A DNA stretch of 64,000 bases from a bacterium (GTDB taxonomy: Bacteria > Zhuqueibacterota > Zhuqueibacteria > Residuimicrobiales > Krinioviventaceae): the NCBI GenBank assembly GCA_963674595.2, contig CAXXFV010000027.1, positions 192,001 to 256,000 on the forward strand. The letters are read 5' to 3'. The notes beneath the pieces were generated by a model that saw only the letters and a list, made by a program, of their open reading frames with translations, had not been told where the DNA came from and ran no database searches. A program made the position numbers and the translations under genes. Every line of letters begins with the position of its first letter. Position 1 is the stretch's first letter. Shown piece by piece: positions 13,498-23,686 of this stretch.

Positions 13498-14547
13498 TTA
13501 ATTTTTAGGAACGAGTTGAATTTTTTTACTTTCCCTAATTATTTTTGTATTTGTCAAGACGGAAATAATTTGTAAAACATCATTAACATTTGTATTTAAA
13601 ATTTGTACGGTTACACGATCTTTTAAAACAGAAGAATCTTTAACAATAAACTCATAATCATACCAACGGTGTAACTGAGCCAAAACTTCTTCCACACTGG
13701 CATTATCAAATTTGATTTCATTATCCATCCATGCTAAATAATCTTTTGCACTGATATTAGATGTTTTTTTCAGCAGATTATTTGCTTCTAAAATTCCCAT
13801 TTCATTCTTGGTTAGGATAATAGAGTCTCCTTTTGTGCCTGTTAATGGAGACAAGGCAACTTTTCCACAATTTACCGTGACTTTAACGGACGGATTTTCA
13901 TTCCATGCCCTGACATTGAATTTTGTACCCAGAACACGTACAAGTGCATTATTTGCATTTACACAAAATGGACGGGAAGGATCGTGAGCAACTTCAAAAT
14001 AAGCTTCACCCGACAGAAAAACTTGTCTTTTGTCTGTAAATTCATTGGGATATCTCAGTTCACTTCCTGCATCCAAGGTGATTTTAGATCCATCCGGTAA
14101 TGTTACGTTATAGCGCCGGCCATTTTTTACTTTAATTGTTTGAAAAGCGTAAATATCCGAAGACTGGGAAATTTGGTTTGATTTGTTATAATAATAATAG
14201 GTAACTGATAAAAACATGAACAGAACTAAAGAATAGGCAAATACCTTTCTGGTGGTCGGGACAGATGGTACCAATTGCCATACAATTTCTTGAATTCTTT
14301 CACGGAACGATTTTTTAGGTGCCGTATTAAATGAACGTTCAGTGCGTGATCTCACATTTTGCCAAGCAACATCAATGTCTAAATATTTATCCTGTTTTCT
14401 TTGTAAATTCCATACGCTTTTTAATTTCTCGATTTCAGCTTCAAATTCAGGATGTTTTTTAAACACATTCTGAATTTTTAATTTTTCGGAATTTGTACAT
14501 TCATTCGATAAATATCGTGCAATTAATTTTTTACTAATCTTAGGCAT
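13498..14547 (-). CDS. fecR: FecR family anti-sigma factor
   Basis: One TM helix, 'VTLPDGSKITL', 'LSGEAYFEVAHD' and 'VRVLGTKFNV'; lies between the ECF sigma and the TBDR. Confidence 0.92.
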   Translation of the reverse strand: MPKISKKLIARYLSNECTNSEKLKIQNVFKKHPEFEAEIEKLKSVWNLQRKQDKYLDIDVAWQNVRSRTERSFNTAPKKSFRERIQEIVWQLVPSVPTTRKVFAYSLVLFMFLSVTYYYYNKSNQISQSSDIYAFQTIKVKNGRRYNVTLPDGSKITLDAGSELRYPNEFTDKRQVFLSGEAYFEVAHDPSRPFCVNANNALVRVLGTKFNVRAWNENPSVKVTVNCGKVALSPLTGTKGDSIILTKNEMGILEANNLLKKTSNISAKDYLAWMDNEIKFDNASVEEVLAQLHRWYDYEFIVKDSSVLKDRVTVQILNTNVNDVLQIISVLTNTKIIRESKKIQLVPKN

Positions 14548-14627
14548 ACAGATACTCCAATATAACTTATAAGTAATTTTCTCGATTAAAAGTAACCAGC
14601 TATGTAAATGACCTTATATAATTAATG

Positions 14628-14653
14628 ATACACAAGAATCATTTTACCCCTAC
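14628..14653 (-). promoter_or_regulatory. Candidate ECF-sigma-dependent promoter motif (TAGGGGTA-N-TTGTGT) upstream of fecR-TBDR
   Basis: Minus strand reads GTAGGGGTAAAATGATTCTTGTGTAT, a G-rich patch in an AT-rich spacer. It resembles motifs I recall between FecI-like sigma and fecR genes in FCB bacteria, which I could not verify here. Confidence 0.4.
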
Positions 14654-14671
14654 ATGAAAATGAAAATAATT

Positions 14672-15202
14672 TTAAAAAAACAAAAGGTGAGATAATTGTT
14701 TTCGAAGGTATTTGAGTGCACGTGACATGTGAGTTTCAACAGTTTTTATTGAAATGCCCAGTATATTGGAAATTTCATTATATGTCAATTCATCAAATCT
14801 GTTCATGCAAAAAATTAATTTTCCTTTATCAGGTAATTCTTTTATTGCCGAATTGCAAGCTTTTCTGATTTCCTCTGAACAAACAGGGTCATCGAATGAG
14901 GTTGCTGTTTCGTGTTCTATTGATAAATTAAAAACATATTTGCTATGAATTTTGATATCTCTTAAATATCTGAGACATTCTTTTTTCGTAGCAGAGTATA
15001 AATAAACTTTAATTGAACTTTTCAACGTTATTTTGTTTCGGCCTTTCCAAATGTTCACAAAGACATCCTGAACGATACTCTCGGCAATTTGCCGGTCAGC
15101 CACATAATAAAGAGAAAAATCAACCAAATCTCTATAAAAAAATCGGAACAAAGATTCAAACTCTTTTACGTCATCATTTTTTATTTTTTCAAAAGAGAAC
15201 AT
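14672..15202 (-). CDS. ECF-type RNA polymerase sigma-70 factor (FecI-like)
   Basis: Region 2 'AESIVQDVFVNIW' and region 4 'LTYNEISNILGISIKTVETHMSRALKYLR'. Start placed at the ATG at 15202; the track uses a TTG at 15208. Confidence 0.92.
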   Translation of the reverse strand: MFSFEKIKNDDVKEFESLFRFFYRDLVDFSLYYVADRQIAESIVQDVFVNIWKGRNKITLKSSIKVYLYSATKKECLRYLRDIKIHSKYVFNLSIEHETATSFDDPVCSEEIRKACNSAIKELPDKGKLIFCMNRFDELTYNEISNILGISIKTVETHMSRALKYLRKQLSHLLFF

Positions 15203-15591
15203 ATACAATTATTTATAATTGTGATATAATATAAAATGAATAAAATATATAATTATTTAATTGAATCGGTCTATAGGGTTTAAAAAATAAAATGTCTAAC
15301 TTGATTATTAAGGTAAACTGATGGAATTTGTTAACAAGAAAATTCTATACCCCTCTTATTTTATATACAAATACAAGACACAAAAAAATCCATTGATTTT
15401 AGGAATGTTTGATTTAAATGTCAAGAATATTTTAATTCATTAAACAATCCATTTATTAAAAATGATTTATTTGATGAATGAAAACATCCCGTACTTGTTT
15501 TTAAAAAATGATTTTTGTAACTTTACCAGCCAGAAAAACAAATTATTTACAGTAATACATGTATCATTACCAAATCAGGAAGGGATTTCCT

Positions 15592-16614
15592 ATGAAAGAA
15601 AAAATTGCCCTTTTAACACCTTTTTTCTTTTTGTTACTCTTACCGGTTAGCAGGGTTAAAGCACAGGAATCAATGTTATATGTTACAACTCTCTCAACGG
15701 GACATTACCATACCGGTATGTCTATACCGCTTTCTGCGCTTTTTTATAAACCTGTTAATTCCGACTCATCTGCATGGAAATTTCAGGGTCGTCCTAACAA
15801 TCGTATATTTTGCGTTGCATTCCATGAAAAATCCGGTGGAAAATTCAGAGCTTTAGCCACACATACAGGTATTCATCAATCTTATGATTTTGGCAAAACG
15901 TGGCAAGTAACCACTGACTGGCGAATTACAGAAGCCAACTGTGTAGAATATGATCCGAAAAATCCGGAAATAGTTTATTGCAGTTCTCCTTATGGATTTT
16001 ATAAATCCATTGACAGCGGAAAAACCTGGATTAAAAAGATCAAAGGACTGGAAACCATAAATGCTCAATTTGTTTCCAATTTTATCATCGATCATTCAAA
16101 TTCTGATATTTTGTATTGTTCGACAGAAGATGTATTATACAAAAGTACAGATGCCGGAGAGTCCTGGCAAAAAATGGGACTGCGTGTACCAAGCATCAGA
16201 ACAATCATCCAACATCCGGTAAAGTCGGAAATTCTGATTGCCGGCACAGAAAACAATGGGCTGTATTTTAGCTTTGATGGTGGTAAAACATGGGAAAAAC
16301 GGGACACCGGAATATTAACCCAGACATTTTACACTATCACATTTGATCCCACTGATCCTGATATCATTTATGCCGGTGGTTTTCAAACAGGAGTTTATAA
16401 ATCCATTGACGGCGGAAAAAAATGGAAACAATATTTTAACGGGTTAACAAGACTGGACATTCAGGCCCTTGCTGTTGATCCTCAAAATCCAAATACTGTT
16501 TTTGCCGGAACCATGGGAGAAGGTTTATTTCGTTCGAATGACGGCGGTCAAAACTGGAAACCTGCAGCTCTTGCAAATGGATTTGTAACAACCATTAAAA
16601 TTGAAAGCTATTAG
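15592..16614 (+). CDS. BNR/Asp-box repeat beta-propeller protein (sortilin/VPS10-like), secreted
   Basis: Six S-x-D-x-G-x-x-W boxes (e.g. SYDFGKTW, SIDSGKTW, SNDGGQNW) and a signal peptide from ATG 15592. Confidence 0.85.
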   Translation: MKEKIALLTPFFFLLLLPVSRVKAQESMLYVTTLSTGHYHTGMSIPLSALFYKPVNSDSSAWKFQGRPNNRIFCVAFHEKSGGKFRALATHTGIHQSYDFGKTWQVTTDWRITEANCVEYDPKNPEIVYCSSPYGFYKSIDSGKTWIKKIKGLETINAQFVSNFIIDHSNSDILYCSTEDVLYKSTDAGESWQKMGLRVPSIRTIIQHPVKSEILIAGTENNGLYFSFDGGKTWEKRDTGILTQTFYTITFDPTDPDIIYAGGFQTGVYKSIDGGKKWKQYFNGLTRLDIQALAVDPQNPNTVFAGTMGEGLFRSNDGGQNWKPAALANGFVTTIKIESY

Positions 16615-16623
16615 GAGAACACC

Positions 16624-18471
16624 ATGTTAAAAAAATATATTTTATTTCTTCCTTGTATTCTTCTTTTTATAAATTTTTTCGGTTGTTCTCAAAAATCGGA
16701 AAAAATTGACTATTCCAGAGATGAATATTTGGAAAAATTTGAACAACGTCGTGCCTGGATGGTTGCTCAATTTGATACGCTAACCAGGGACAATTATAGC
16801 GGTATTGCCGCACACTATTATTCAAACAAAGATGTTGAATGGGCTGACCAGGCATTTATCAACCTGTTAAAAGCGCCAAAAGGAGCCATGTTTTGGATGT
16901 TTCCTGTAGTAAACTGTTACATGCATGGTAAAGGCAAAATGTCCAATGAGGTTGAAAAAGCTGTTCGACACGCATGGAAAACATACGCACCGGCCCGAGG
17001 TGACACAGAAAACCATTGGGCAATGTGGTATACATGTATGTTGATTATGTCGGAACAGTGGCCCGATCTACCCGGCTCAGAATGGTTCGACGGCAAAAGT
17101 TCTAAAGAAAATTTTGATGAAGCCAAAGAATATCTGTTTGAATGGGCCCGAATTACCACAACCATCGGTCAGGGCGAATTTGACTCCCCTGATTATATTC
17201 TGGAATATATCATTCCAACAACAATGCTTTATGAATTTGCCCAGGACCCGGAAGTTAAAAAACTGGGTGAAATGATGACGGATTATATTCTGGCAGATTT
17301 TGCCGTTGAACATTTTTCCCAACAATATGTCGGCGGCCACAGTCGTATTTACGAACGTGCTTTAATGAATTTTACAAAATCAGCAGGCGCTATGTTTGCC
17401 AATCTTTATTTTGGTGTTGGTGAACAGATAAAACACGGATGGGTCCTCTATCCGGCAATGACGAGTTATAAATTACCGGAAATTATTTACTACATTGCAA
17501 GAGATAGATCAGAACCTTATGTTCATAAAGAACGTAAAAGAGTCCGAAATGTAATCCGCTACGGAACGGAACGGAACCCGGCTGTTTATAAATATAGTTA
17601 TTTAACCAAAGATTATGGTATTGGATCGCTTATGGGCGGTATTTTACAACCTATTCAACAGCTCACCTGGAATGTTAGATTTACCCATGGTAAACCCTAT
17701 TCAATGATCTTTGGTTTACATCCCAGTTGGTCTTTGCAGGAAATCGGTATGTTTTTCCCGGAACCGGTCAAAACATCCATGGCCGGTATTACGGCATCGA
17801 AAACTACCTATAACAATCCTGATAAATGGACAGGCGGTTCTCCCTGCGAACGCACCTTTCAACATAAAAATACGCTTTTAGCCTTGTATGACATTCCTGT
17901 TGGTGCAACAGCAAACCACATTGACGGATTTTTCCCGGCAAACCTGGAAGAACGAATTATTGATGATTCCGGCTGGATTATTTGTAAAGCCGGTGATGTC
18001 TATATCGGATGGTATCCACTACAGCCCGGAGAGTGGACCGAGGAATTTGAAGTAAAAAAACAAGCCTTTAACAGTTTGACAAGCGCAAAAAAGAACGATG
18101 GTACTATGACGCTTCGAAACTATCGTTTCCGAAGCCACGCTTTACAAAATGGTTATGTTGTTGAAGTGCGATCAAAAGACGAAATGGGTTCATTTAAAGA
18201 TTTCAAGAAAAAACTTGCTACAAACATCCCTCAAGCTGTTCTTAAAGAAAACAATGTACAGGTATCCTATACAACCTTAAATAACGATAAAATGAAATTT
18301 TCTTTTCCGGATGGCCGTGTTTTAAACGGTAAAAATGTGGATTTAACCAAAACACCGCTTTTTGAAGGACCGTTTTTAAACGCTGAGGTTGGCAGTCAAA
18401 ATCTTACATTGACTTATAAAGACCAAAAGATGGTACTTGACTTTAAAAATCTTGAAATAACAAATTACTAG
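16624..18471 (+). CDS. Hypothetical lipoprotein, 'EFxSPxY...SRxY' family
   Basis: Lipobox FFGC, AGGAG SD, motifs TENH, GEFDSPDY and GGHSRIY; co-operonic with the BNR gene. Confidence 0.75.
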   Translation: MLKKYILFLPCILLFINFFGCSQKSEKIDYSRDEYLEKFEQRRAWMVAQFDTLTRDNYSGIAAHYYSNKDVEWADQAFINLLKAPKGAMFWMFPVVNCYMHGKGKMSNEVEKAVRHAWKTYAPARGDTENHWAMWYTCMLIMSEQWPDLPGSEWFDGKSSKENFDEAKEYLFEWARITTTIGQGEFDSPDYILEYIIPTTMLYEFAQDPEVKKLGEMMTDYILADFAVEHFSQQYVGGHSRIYERALMNFTKSAGAMFANLYFGVGEQIKHGWVLYPAMTSYKLPEIIYYIARDRSEPYVHKERKRVRNVIRYGTERNPAVYKYSYLTKDYGIGSLMGGILQPIQQLTWNVRFTHGKPYSMIFGLHPSWSLQEIGMFFPEPVKTSMAGITASKTTYNNPDKWTGGSPCERTFQHKNTLLALYDIPVGATANHIDGFFPANLEERIIDDSGWIICKAGDVYIGWYPLQPGEWTEEFEVKKQAFNSLTSAKKNDGTMTLRNYRFRSHALQNGYVVEVRSKDEMGSFKDFKKKLATNIPQAVLKENNVQVSYTTLNNDKMKFSFPDGRVLNGKNVDLTKTPLFEGPFLNAEVGSQNLTLTYKDQKMVLDFKNLEITNY

Positions 18472-18473
18472 AT

Positions 18474-18510
18474 AAAAAAAAGCCCTGATGAAAATCAGGG
18501 CTTTTTTTTT
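18474..18510. terminator. Bidirectional intrinsic terminator
   Basis: A8-GCCCTGAT-gaaa-ATCAGGGC-T9 between convergent genes. Confidence 0.9.
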
Positions 18511-20599
18511 ATAACAATCCTCTGCGTTTTAACAACGCATTAATCCTGGGTTCTTTACCCCGAAATTTCCTGTATAAAACCATTGGGTCTTGAGTTCCGC
18601 CTTTTTCCAGTATATTTTCGCGAAAAGATTTGGCTGTTTCAGCATCAAAAATATCGGTTTCTTTAAATGCCTGAAAAGCATCAGCATCAAGAACTTCTGC
18701 CCAAATATAGCTGTAATAACCCGATGAATAACCGCCGGCAAAAATATGCTGAAAATATGGACTTTTATAACGAACAACAATTTCAGGAATGAGTCCAATT
18801 TTTTTCATTGAAGCATCTTCAAATTCTTTAGCGTCCATAATTGTCGGTTCTTCAAGTACATGCCAATCCATATCCAAATAAGAAGCTGCCAAATATTCAA
18901 CTGTTGCAAATCCCTGATTAAAATGACCTGATTTTTCAATTTTATCGACAAGGTCCTGGGGAATAACCTCACCGGTTTTATAATGTTTGGCATACAATTT
19001 TAAAACCTGCGGATGGGTAGCCCAGTTTTCCATAATTTGTGATGGCAGTTCCACAAAATCGCGCGGAACATCTGTTCCGGACAAGCTGTAATAGGTACAA
19101 TTTGATAACAGTCCGTGCAATGCATGACCAAATTCGTGAAATAATGTTGTCACTTCGTCTAAACTCAGCAGTGAAGGCTTTTCGGAAGTGGGTTTGGTAA
19201 AATTACCGTTATTGGTTACAATGGGTCTGATATTTTCATTGTTTATTATTTCCTGTTTACGAAGAGCATTCATCCATGCACCGCCCCGTTTGCTGGCGCG
19301 CGGGAAATAATCCGTATACAAAATACCAACATGTGAACCATCACTATTTTTAACCTCATAAACTCTAACATCATTATGATAAACAGGTATGTCCGTACGT
19401 TCCTCAAAGGATAAACCATACAATTTATTTGCAACCATAAAGGCCCCATCAATCACCTTGTCAAGTTCAAAGTAAGGGCGTAAAGATTCATCATCGAGAT
19501 CAAATTTTTCTTTTTTCAACTTTTCAGCATAATACCACCAATCCCAGGGTTGTAACTGAAAATCATGACCATCTTTGTGAATTAAACGCTGTAATTCCTT
19601 AGCCTCAGCCTTGGCCCGCTTGAGCGCGGGTTTCCATAATTGATCCAACAAAGAGTAAACGTTTTCCGGTACTTTGGCCATATTTTTTTCTAAAATAAAA
19701 TGGGCATGTGTTTTATATCCCAAAAGTTTAGCCCTTTCAGCACGTAAAGCAGCCATTTTGGATAAAATTTCTTTATTATCCAGTTCGTCCTCATGGTTGC
19801 CTTTGGAAATATATGCCTTGAAAAGGATTTCGCGAAATTCACGTTTATCGGAAAATTGTAAAAAAGGAATTAAACTGGGTTTGTGAATGGTAAAAACCCA
19901 TTTCCCTTCATAACCATTCTCCTTTGCAGTTTCGGCAGCAGCCGTGACCACATCTTTCGGCAATCCGGCCAAATCATTTTCGTTATCGAGGACAAGCTCG
20001 AATTTATTGGTTTCTTTTAATACATTTTCACTGAATTTAAGGGAAAGCAAAGAAAGTTCCTTGTTAATTTCTCTTAAACGAGATTTTTCCTGTTCATCCA
20101 GATTCGCCCCTCCCCTAACAAAAGTTTTGTAATATTCATCCAATAACTTTTGTTGTTCGGAATTGAGTTGAAAATTATCCTGATTATCGTATACTTTTTT
20201 TACACGAAGAAATAATTTTTTATTTAACCAGATATCGTCGCTATTCTGGGTTATAATGGGAGAAATATCTTTGGCAATAGACTGCATTTCATCATCAGTT
20301 AAGGAAGAATTTAAAGTGCCAAAAATTGACGAAACTATTTTTAACAATTGACCGCAGTTTTCCAAGGCCTCAACAGTATTTTTAAATGTCGGTTCCTGCG
20401 GATTGTTGACGATAGTCTCTATTTCAGTTTTTTGTTGTTTGATCCCTTCCATAAACGCAGGTTTAAAATGTGTTTTTTGGATCAAGTTAAAAGGTGGTGT
20501 TGCAAATGGTGTGTTAAACGGTTCTAATAAGGGATTTTTTTGCATATTACAGCCCATGATAAAACCCAAAATTGTTAAAAAAACACTCAAAAATCTCAT
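18509..20599 (-). CDS. dcp: M3 family metallopeptidase (peptidyl-dipeptidase Dcp), lipoprotein
   Basis: HEFGHALH zinc motif, KRGGAWM, DFVELPSQ, YYSYIWAEVLDADAF; lipobox IMGC. Confidence 0.92.
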   Translation of the reverse strand: MRFLSVFLTILGFIMGCNMQKNPLLEPFNTPFATPPFNLIQKTHFKPAFMEGIKQQKTEIETIVNNPQEPTFKNTVEALENCGQLLKIVSSIFGTLNSSLTDDEMQSIAKDISPIITQNSDDIWLNKKLFLRVKKVYDNQDNFQLNSEQQKLLDEYYKTFVRGGANLDEQEKSRLREINKELSLLSLKFSENVLKETNKFELVLDNENDLAGLPKDVVTAAAETAKENGYEGKWVFTIHKPSLIPFLQFSDKREFREILFKAYISKGNHEDELDNKEILSKMAALRAERAKLLGYKTHAHFILEKNMAKVPENVYSLLDQLWKPALKRAKAEAKELQRLIHKDGHDFQLQPWDWWYYAEKLKKEKFDLDDESLRPYFELDKVIDGAFMVANKLYGLSFEERTDIPVYHNDVRVYEVKNSDGSHVGILYTDYFPRASKRGGAWMNALRKQEIINNENIRPIVTNNGNFTKPTSEKPSLLSLDEVTTLFHEFGHALHGLLSNCTYYSLSGTDVPRDFVELPSQIMENWATHPQVLKLYAKHYKTGEVIPQDLVDKIEKSGHFNQGFATVEYLAASYLDMDWHVLEEPTIMDAKEFEDASMKKIGLIPEIVVRYKSPYFQHIFAGGYSSGYYSYIWAEVLDADAFQAFKETDIFDAETAKSFRENILEKGGTQDPMVLYRKFRGKEPRINALLKRRGLL

Positions 20600-20684
20600 A
20601 TCGTTTTCCTCATGTTTTGATTAATTATTTGTAAAATAATACGAAAATTTAATCAGATATTCAAGCTCTCTCGTTAAAAAAATA

Positions 20685-20742
20685 TTGCATTTTCACAATG
20701 ATATTATTATATTGCAAACATGTTTGGAAAACAAACATGTTT
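20685..20742 (+). promoter_or_regulatory. Sigma70-like promoter with tandem palindromic operator
   Basis: TTGCAT-17-TATATT at 20685-20713, followed by CAAACATGTTTG (20715-20726) and CAAACATGTTT (20732-20742), just upstream of the wHTH gene. Confidence 0.6.
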
Positions 20743-20764
20743 TCTTAAAAGTAACAGGAATTTT

Positions 20765-21076
20765 ATGGTCATCGATCTTACCAAAAAACTGAATAAAATT
20801 TTCCATGAGCGTGCCCGACTGGGAATTATGTCTATGCTAATTGCCGCTTCAGAAGAAATTACATTTTCAGATTTTGTTAAAAAACTAGAACTTACACGTG
20901 GTAACCTGAGCGTGCATTTAAAAGTACTTGAAAGTAACGGATTTATTGCTTCCAAAAAAGAGTTTGTCGATAATAAGCCGCGAACAACTTATAAAGTAAC
21001 AGAACAGGGGCTCGATGCCTTTACAAAATATCTTTCTCTTTTGGAACAGATAGTAACAGGTATGGAAAAAAAGTAA
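20765..21076 (+). CDS. Winged-helix transcriptional regulator (HTH_34, ArsR/MarR-like)
   Basis: 'FHERARLGIMSML...LTRGNLSVHLKVLE...KPRTTYKVT...AF..Y...L'. Confidence 0.85.
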   Translation: MVIDLTKKLNKIFHERARLGIMSMLIAASEEITFSDFVKKLELTRGNLSVHLKVLESNGFIASKKEFVDNKPRTTYKVTEQGLDAFTKYLSLLEQIVTGMEKK

Positions 21077-21090
21077 TTTGGAGTTATAAC

Positions 21091-21690
21091 ATGAACAATA
21101 AAGAAGCATTAGAACAAATAAAGCACATCAGGGCAATGATGGAAAAGGCCTATGAACAAATTATTTTTTCACCCTGGCAATGGATTGAATGGGGAATTTT
21201 GGTCATAATCGGTTGTTTAGCAACGATGTGGCTGGCCTCCCACCAACAAACATCTCATCTTTTGTTATTGTGGATATTGATTTTCATTATCGGAGGAGCC
21301 CTGGAAACACTTATTTGGATGAAAACAGCAGAAAAACGCGGGATAGAGCCATTCAATCCCTTTGTCATGAAAATTTGGGGAATTGCAGGAATAATAATGG
21401 TTCAGGCGATTGTACTGACTATTGTCTTTGGACACTTGCAAATGTATCAATTAATCCCTGGTTTATGGATGACATCTTTTTCAGGACTGTTTTTTATTCT
21501 TGTTATTATGGGGGCCAAAACTGAAATTTTAATGTTTGCAATCGTTCTGGCAATCGGAGGCATCCTTTCATTGTCGATTTTGGTCAATTATTCCATAATC
21601 TTGCTGATGATCAGTTTTGGAGTGAGTTGTATTGCTTTTGGTACATATTCCGTTTTAAATAAAAGAACAATGACAATAAAAAGTCGTTAG
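21091..21690 (+). CDS. Integral membrane protein (about 6 TM), probable sensor partner of the wHTH regulator
   Basis: 'ALEQIKHIRAMMEK' N-terminus followed by hydrophobic helices; GGAG SD. Confidence 0.7.
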   Translation: MNNKEALEQIKHIRAMMEKAYEQIIFSPWQWIEWGILVIIGCLATMWLASHQQTSHLLLLWILIFIIGGALETLIWMKTAEKRGIEPFNPFVMKIWGIAGIIMVQAIVLTIVFGHLQMYQLIPGLWMTSFSGLFFILVIMGAKTEILMFAIVLAIGGILSLSILVNYSIILLMISFGVSCIAFGTYSVLNKRTMTIKSR

Positions 21691-21699
21691 GAGTTTAAA

Positions 21700-22452
21700 A
21701 TGAAAAAACTGTTTTATTTGCTGCTTATCTCTGTGGTACCTCTGTTTTCTCAGGAATTATCAGGACCGGATATTATTAAAAAAGTAAATGATTTGATGAA
21801 TCAGGAGACTGTTCAGTCTACCGTGATTATGAAAATAACAACATCTTCTGGTCAAAAAAGAACTTTTGAATATTTATCATACAGCAAAGATAAGGGTGAA
21901 AAAAACCTGATTATTTATACGCTGCCAAATCGTGTAAAAGGACAAAAAACTTTGATGTTAAATAATGCCGATGATATATGGGCCTATTTTGCCAGAACAA
22001 AACGAGTGCGAAAGCTGGCCTCCCATGCTAAAAAACAAAAAATGGAAGGCAGTGATTTTTCCTATGAAGATATGGGCTCAAACAATGCCTTTATTAATGA
22101 TTTTACAACAACCCGTCTGGATGATGAAAAAAAACAAGGTGCTGATTGTTTTAAAATTCAGCTCATAAAAAAGCAGGAAGCATCTTCAGCCTATAGTAAA
22201 ATGATAATGTGGGTTAGTAAGGAAAATTTTCTTCCTCTTGTTATAAATTATTATAATGAAGACCGTCCCGAGGTTGTTGAAAAAACACTGGTTCAGGAAG
22301 ATATTGTGATAATAGATAATATTGCCACAGCAAAAAAAATAATCATGACCAATCAAAACGACCAGACAAACACCATTTTGGAATTAAAGGATATTAAATA
22401 TAACGCTGAATTGGACGATGAAATGTTTACAGAAAGAGGTTTAAGAAAATGA
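21700..22452 (+). CDS. Outer-membrane lipoprotein-sorting protein (LolA-like)
   Basis: Signal peptide, 'GSDFSYEDM', 'RVRKL' and a 'FTERGL' C-terminus. Confidence 0.85.
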   Translation: MKKLFYLLLISVVPLFSQELSGPDIIKKVNDLMNQETVQSTVIMKITTSSGQKRTFEYLSYSKDKGEKNLIIYTLPNRVKGQKTLMLNNADDIWAYFARTKRVRKLASHAKKQKMEGSDFSYEDMGSNNAFINDFTTTRLDDEKKQGADCFKIQLIKKQEASSAYSKMIMWVSKENFLPLVINYYNEDRPEVVEKTLVQEDIVIIDNIATAKKIIMTNQNDQTNTILELKDIKYNAELDDEMFTERGLRK

Positions 22453-23672
22453 AAAAGATTATTTATTTTCTTTTAATTCATTCGTCTATTGTTTTTTGTC
22501 AGGGGCTGGAGTGGTCCGGCTACTTTGAACCGCAAATGACCGGCATGAAAATTTCCGATAAATTTTATCAAATATCATCAAACAAACTTCGTCTTGATCT
22601 TGGTGCGCAACCTTCCGATAATGTCGAGTTTGGAGCAAATCTGATTTATATGACTTATCACGGAAAAACAGAATGGAACATTCTGGATTATTTACCTGAT
22701 AATGTTACAAAAGACATACCACCGGCGATGAAATCTGCTTTTGTTTTTACATACGGTGATTTGGTTGCTCCCTATGGTCCCTCCTTTCATGCAAGACCGG
22801 ACCGGATATTTTTGGATAATGCTTATATCAAATTAACATTCCCACGATTTGATTTAACAATCGGGAAACAGCAAATATCCATGGGAACCGGATATACCTG
22901 GAACCCCACCGATTTATTTAATTCAAAAGACGTTTTGGATCCAACATACGAACAACCGGGGCACAATGCCGTTCGGTTCGATATTCCATTAAACAATTCA
23001 TATACACTGGTATCCATTTATGCGCCTGAAGATGAGTGGAACAATTCTGTAAAGCTTGTTAAACTAAAAGGAAGAGTGAAGCACTTTGATTTTTCCCTTC
23101 TCTCAGCTCAACGATACTGGACTTTTACGGATTACACATACTTTCAGGCATCAGAGTATGACCGTAAAGTATTGGGTGGAGATCTTTCAGGAGAGCTTTT
23201 GGGAATGGGCGTTTGGTTTGAAGGTGCTAAAAATTTTCTTGACTATAAATCGGGTCTGAAAAATTCTCAACTTGAAGATTTTACAGAGTATGTTGTTGGT
23301 GGTGATTATACATTTGAATCTCAACTGTACATCATGACCGAGTTTTATCATAATTCCCTGGCGCCTAAGGACTATAAAGACTATACTCTGAATACCTGGA
23401 TGTGGATGTTGAACTCGGAGCTTAAATCTTTATGCCAGGACCAATTGACGGTGTTTGTGCAATACCCGGTTACTGACTTGTTAAATGCCGGTTGCTCCAC
23501 GTTGTACAGTATTTCCGATAACAGCACAGCGCTGGTGCCCACGTTGATTTATAATGTTTTTGAGGATGTTGAAATAACCGCTTTTGGGAATTTTTATCTT
23601 GGAAAAGAAGGTCGATGCTACTCTCAAAATTTGGGAAATGGCGGTCTAATAAGATTACGATATTATTTTTAA
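22449..23672 (+). CDS. Putative outer-membrane beta-barrel protein
   Basis: Signal peptide, 'IGKQQISMGTGYTWNPTDLF' and C-terminal 'RLRYYF'. Overlaps the previous gene by ATGA. Confidence 0.75.
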   Translation: MKKIIYFLLIHSSIVFCQGLEWSGYFEPQMTGMKISDKFYQISSNKLRLDLGAQPSDNVEFGANLIYMTYHGKTEWNILDYLPDNVTKDIPPAMKSAFVFTYGDLVAPYGPSFHARPDRIFLDNAYIKLTFPRFDLTIGKQQISMGTGYTWNPTDLFNSKDVLDPTYEQPGHNAVRFDIPLNNSYTLVSIYAPEDEWNNSVKLVKLKGRVKHFDFSLLSAQRYWTFTDYTYFQASEYDRKVLGGDLSGELLGMGVWFEGAKNFLDYKSGLKNSQLEDFTEYVVGGDYTFESQLYIMTEFYHNSLAPKDYKDYTLNTWMWMLNSELKSLCQDQLTVFVQYPVTDLLNAGCSTLYSISDNSTALVPTLIYNVFEDVEITAFGNFYLGKEGRCYSQNLGNGGLIRLRYYF

Positions 23673-23686
23673 CAGGTAATATTATC

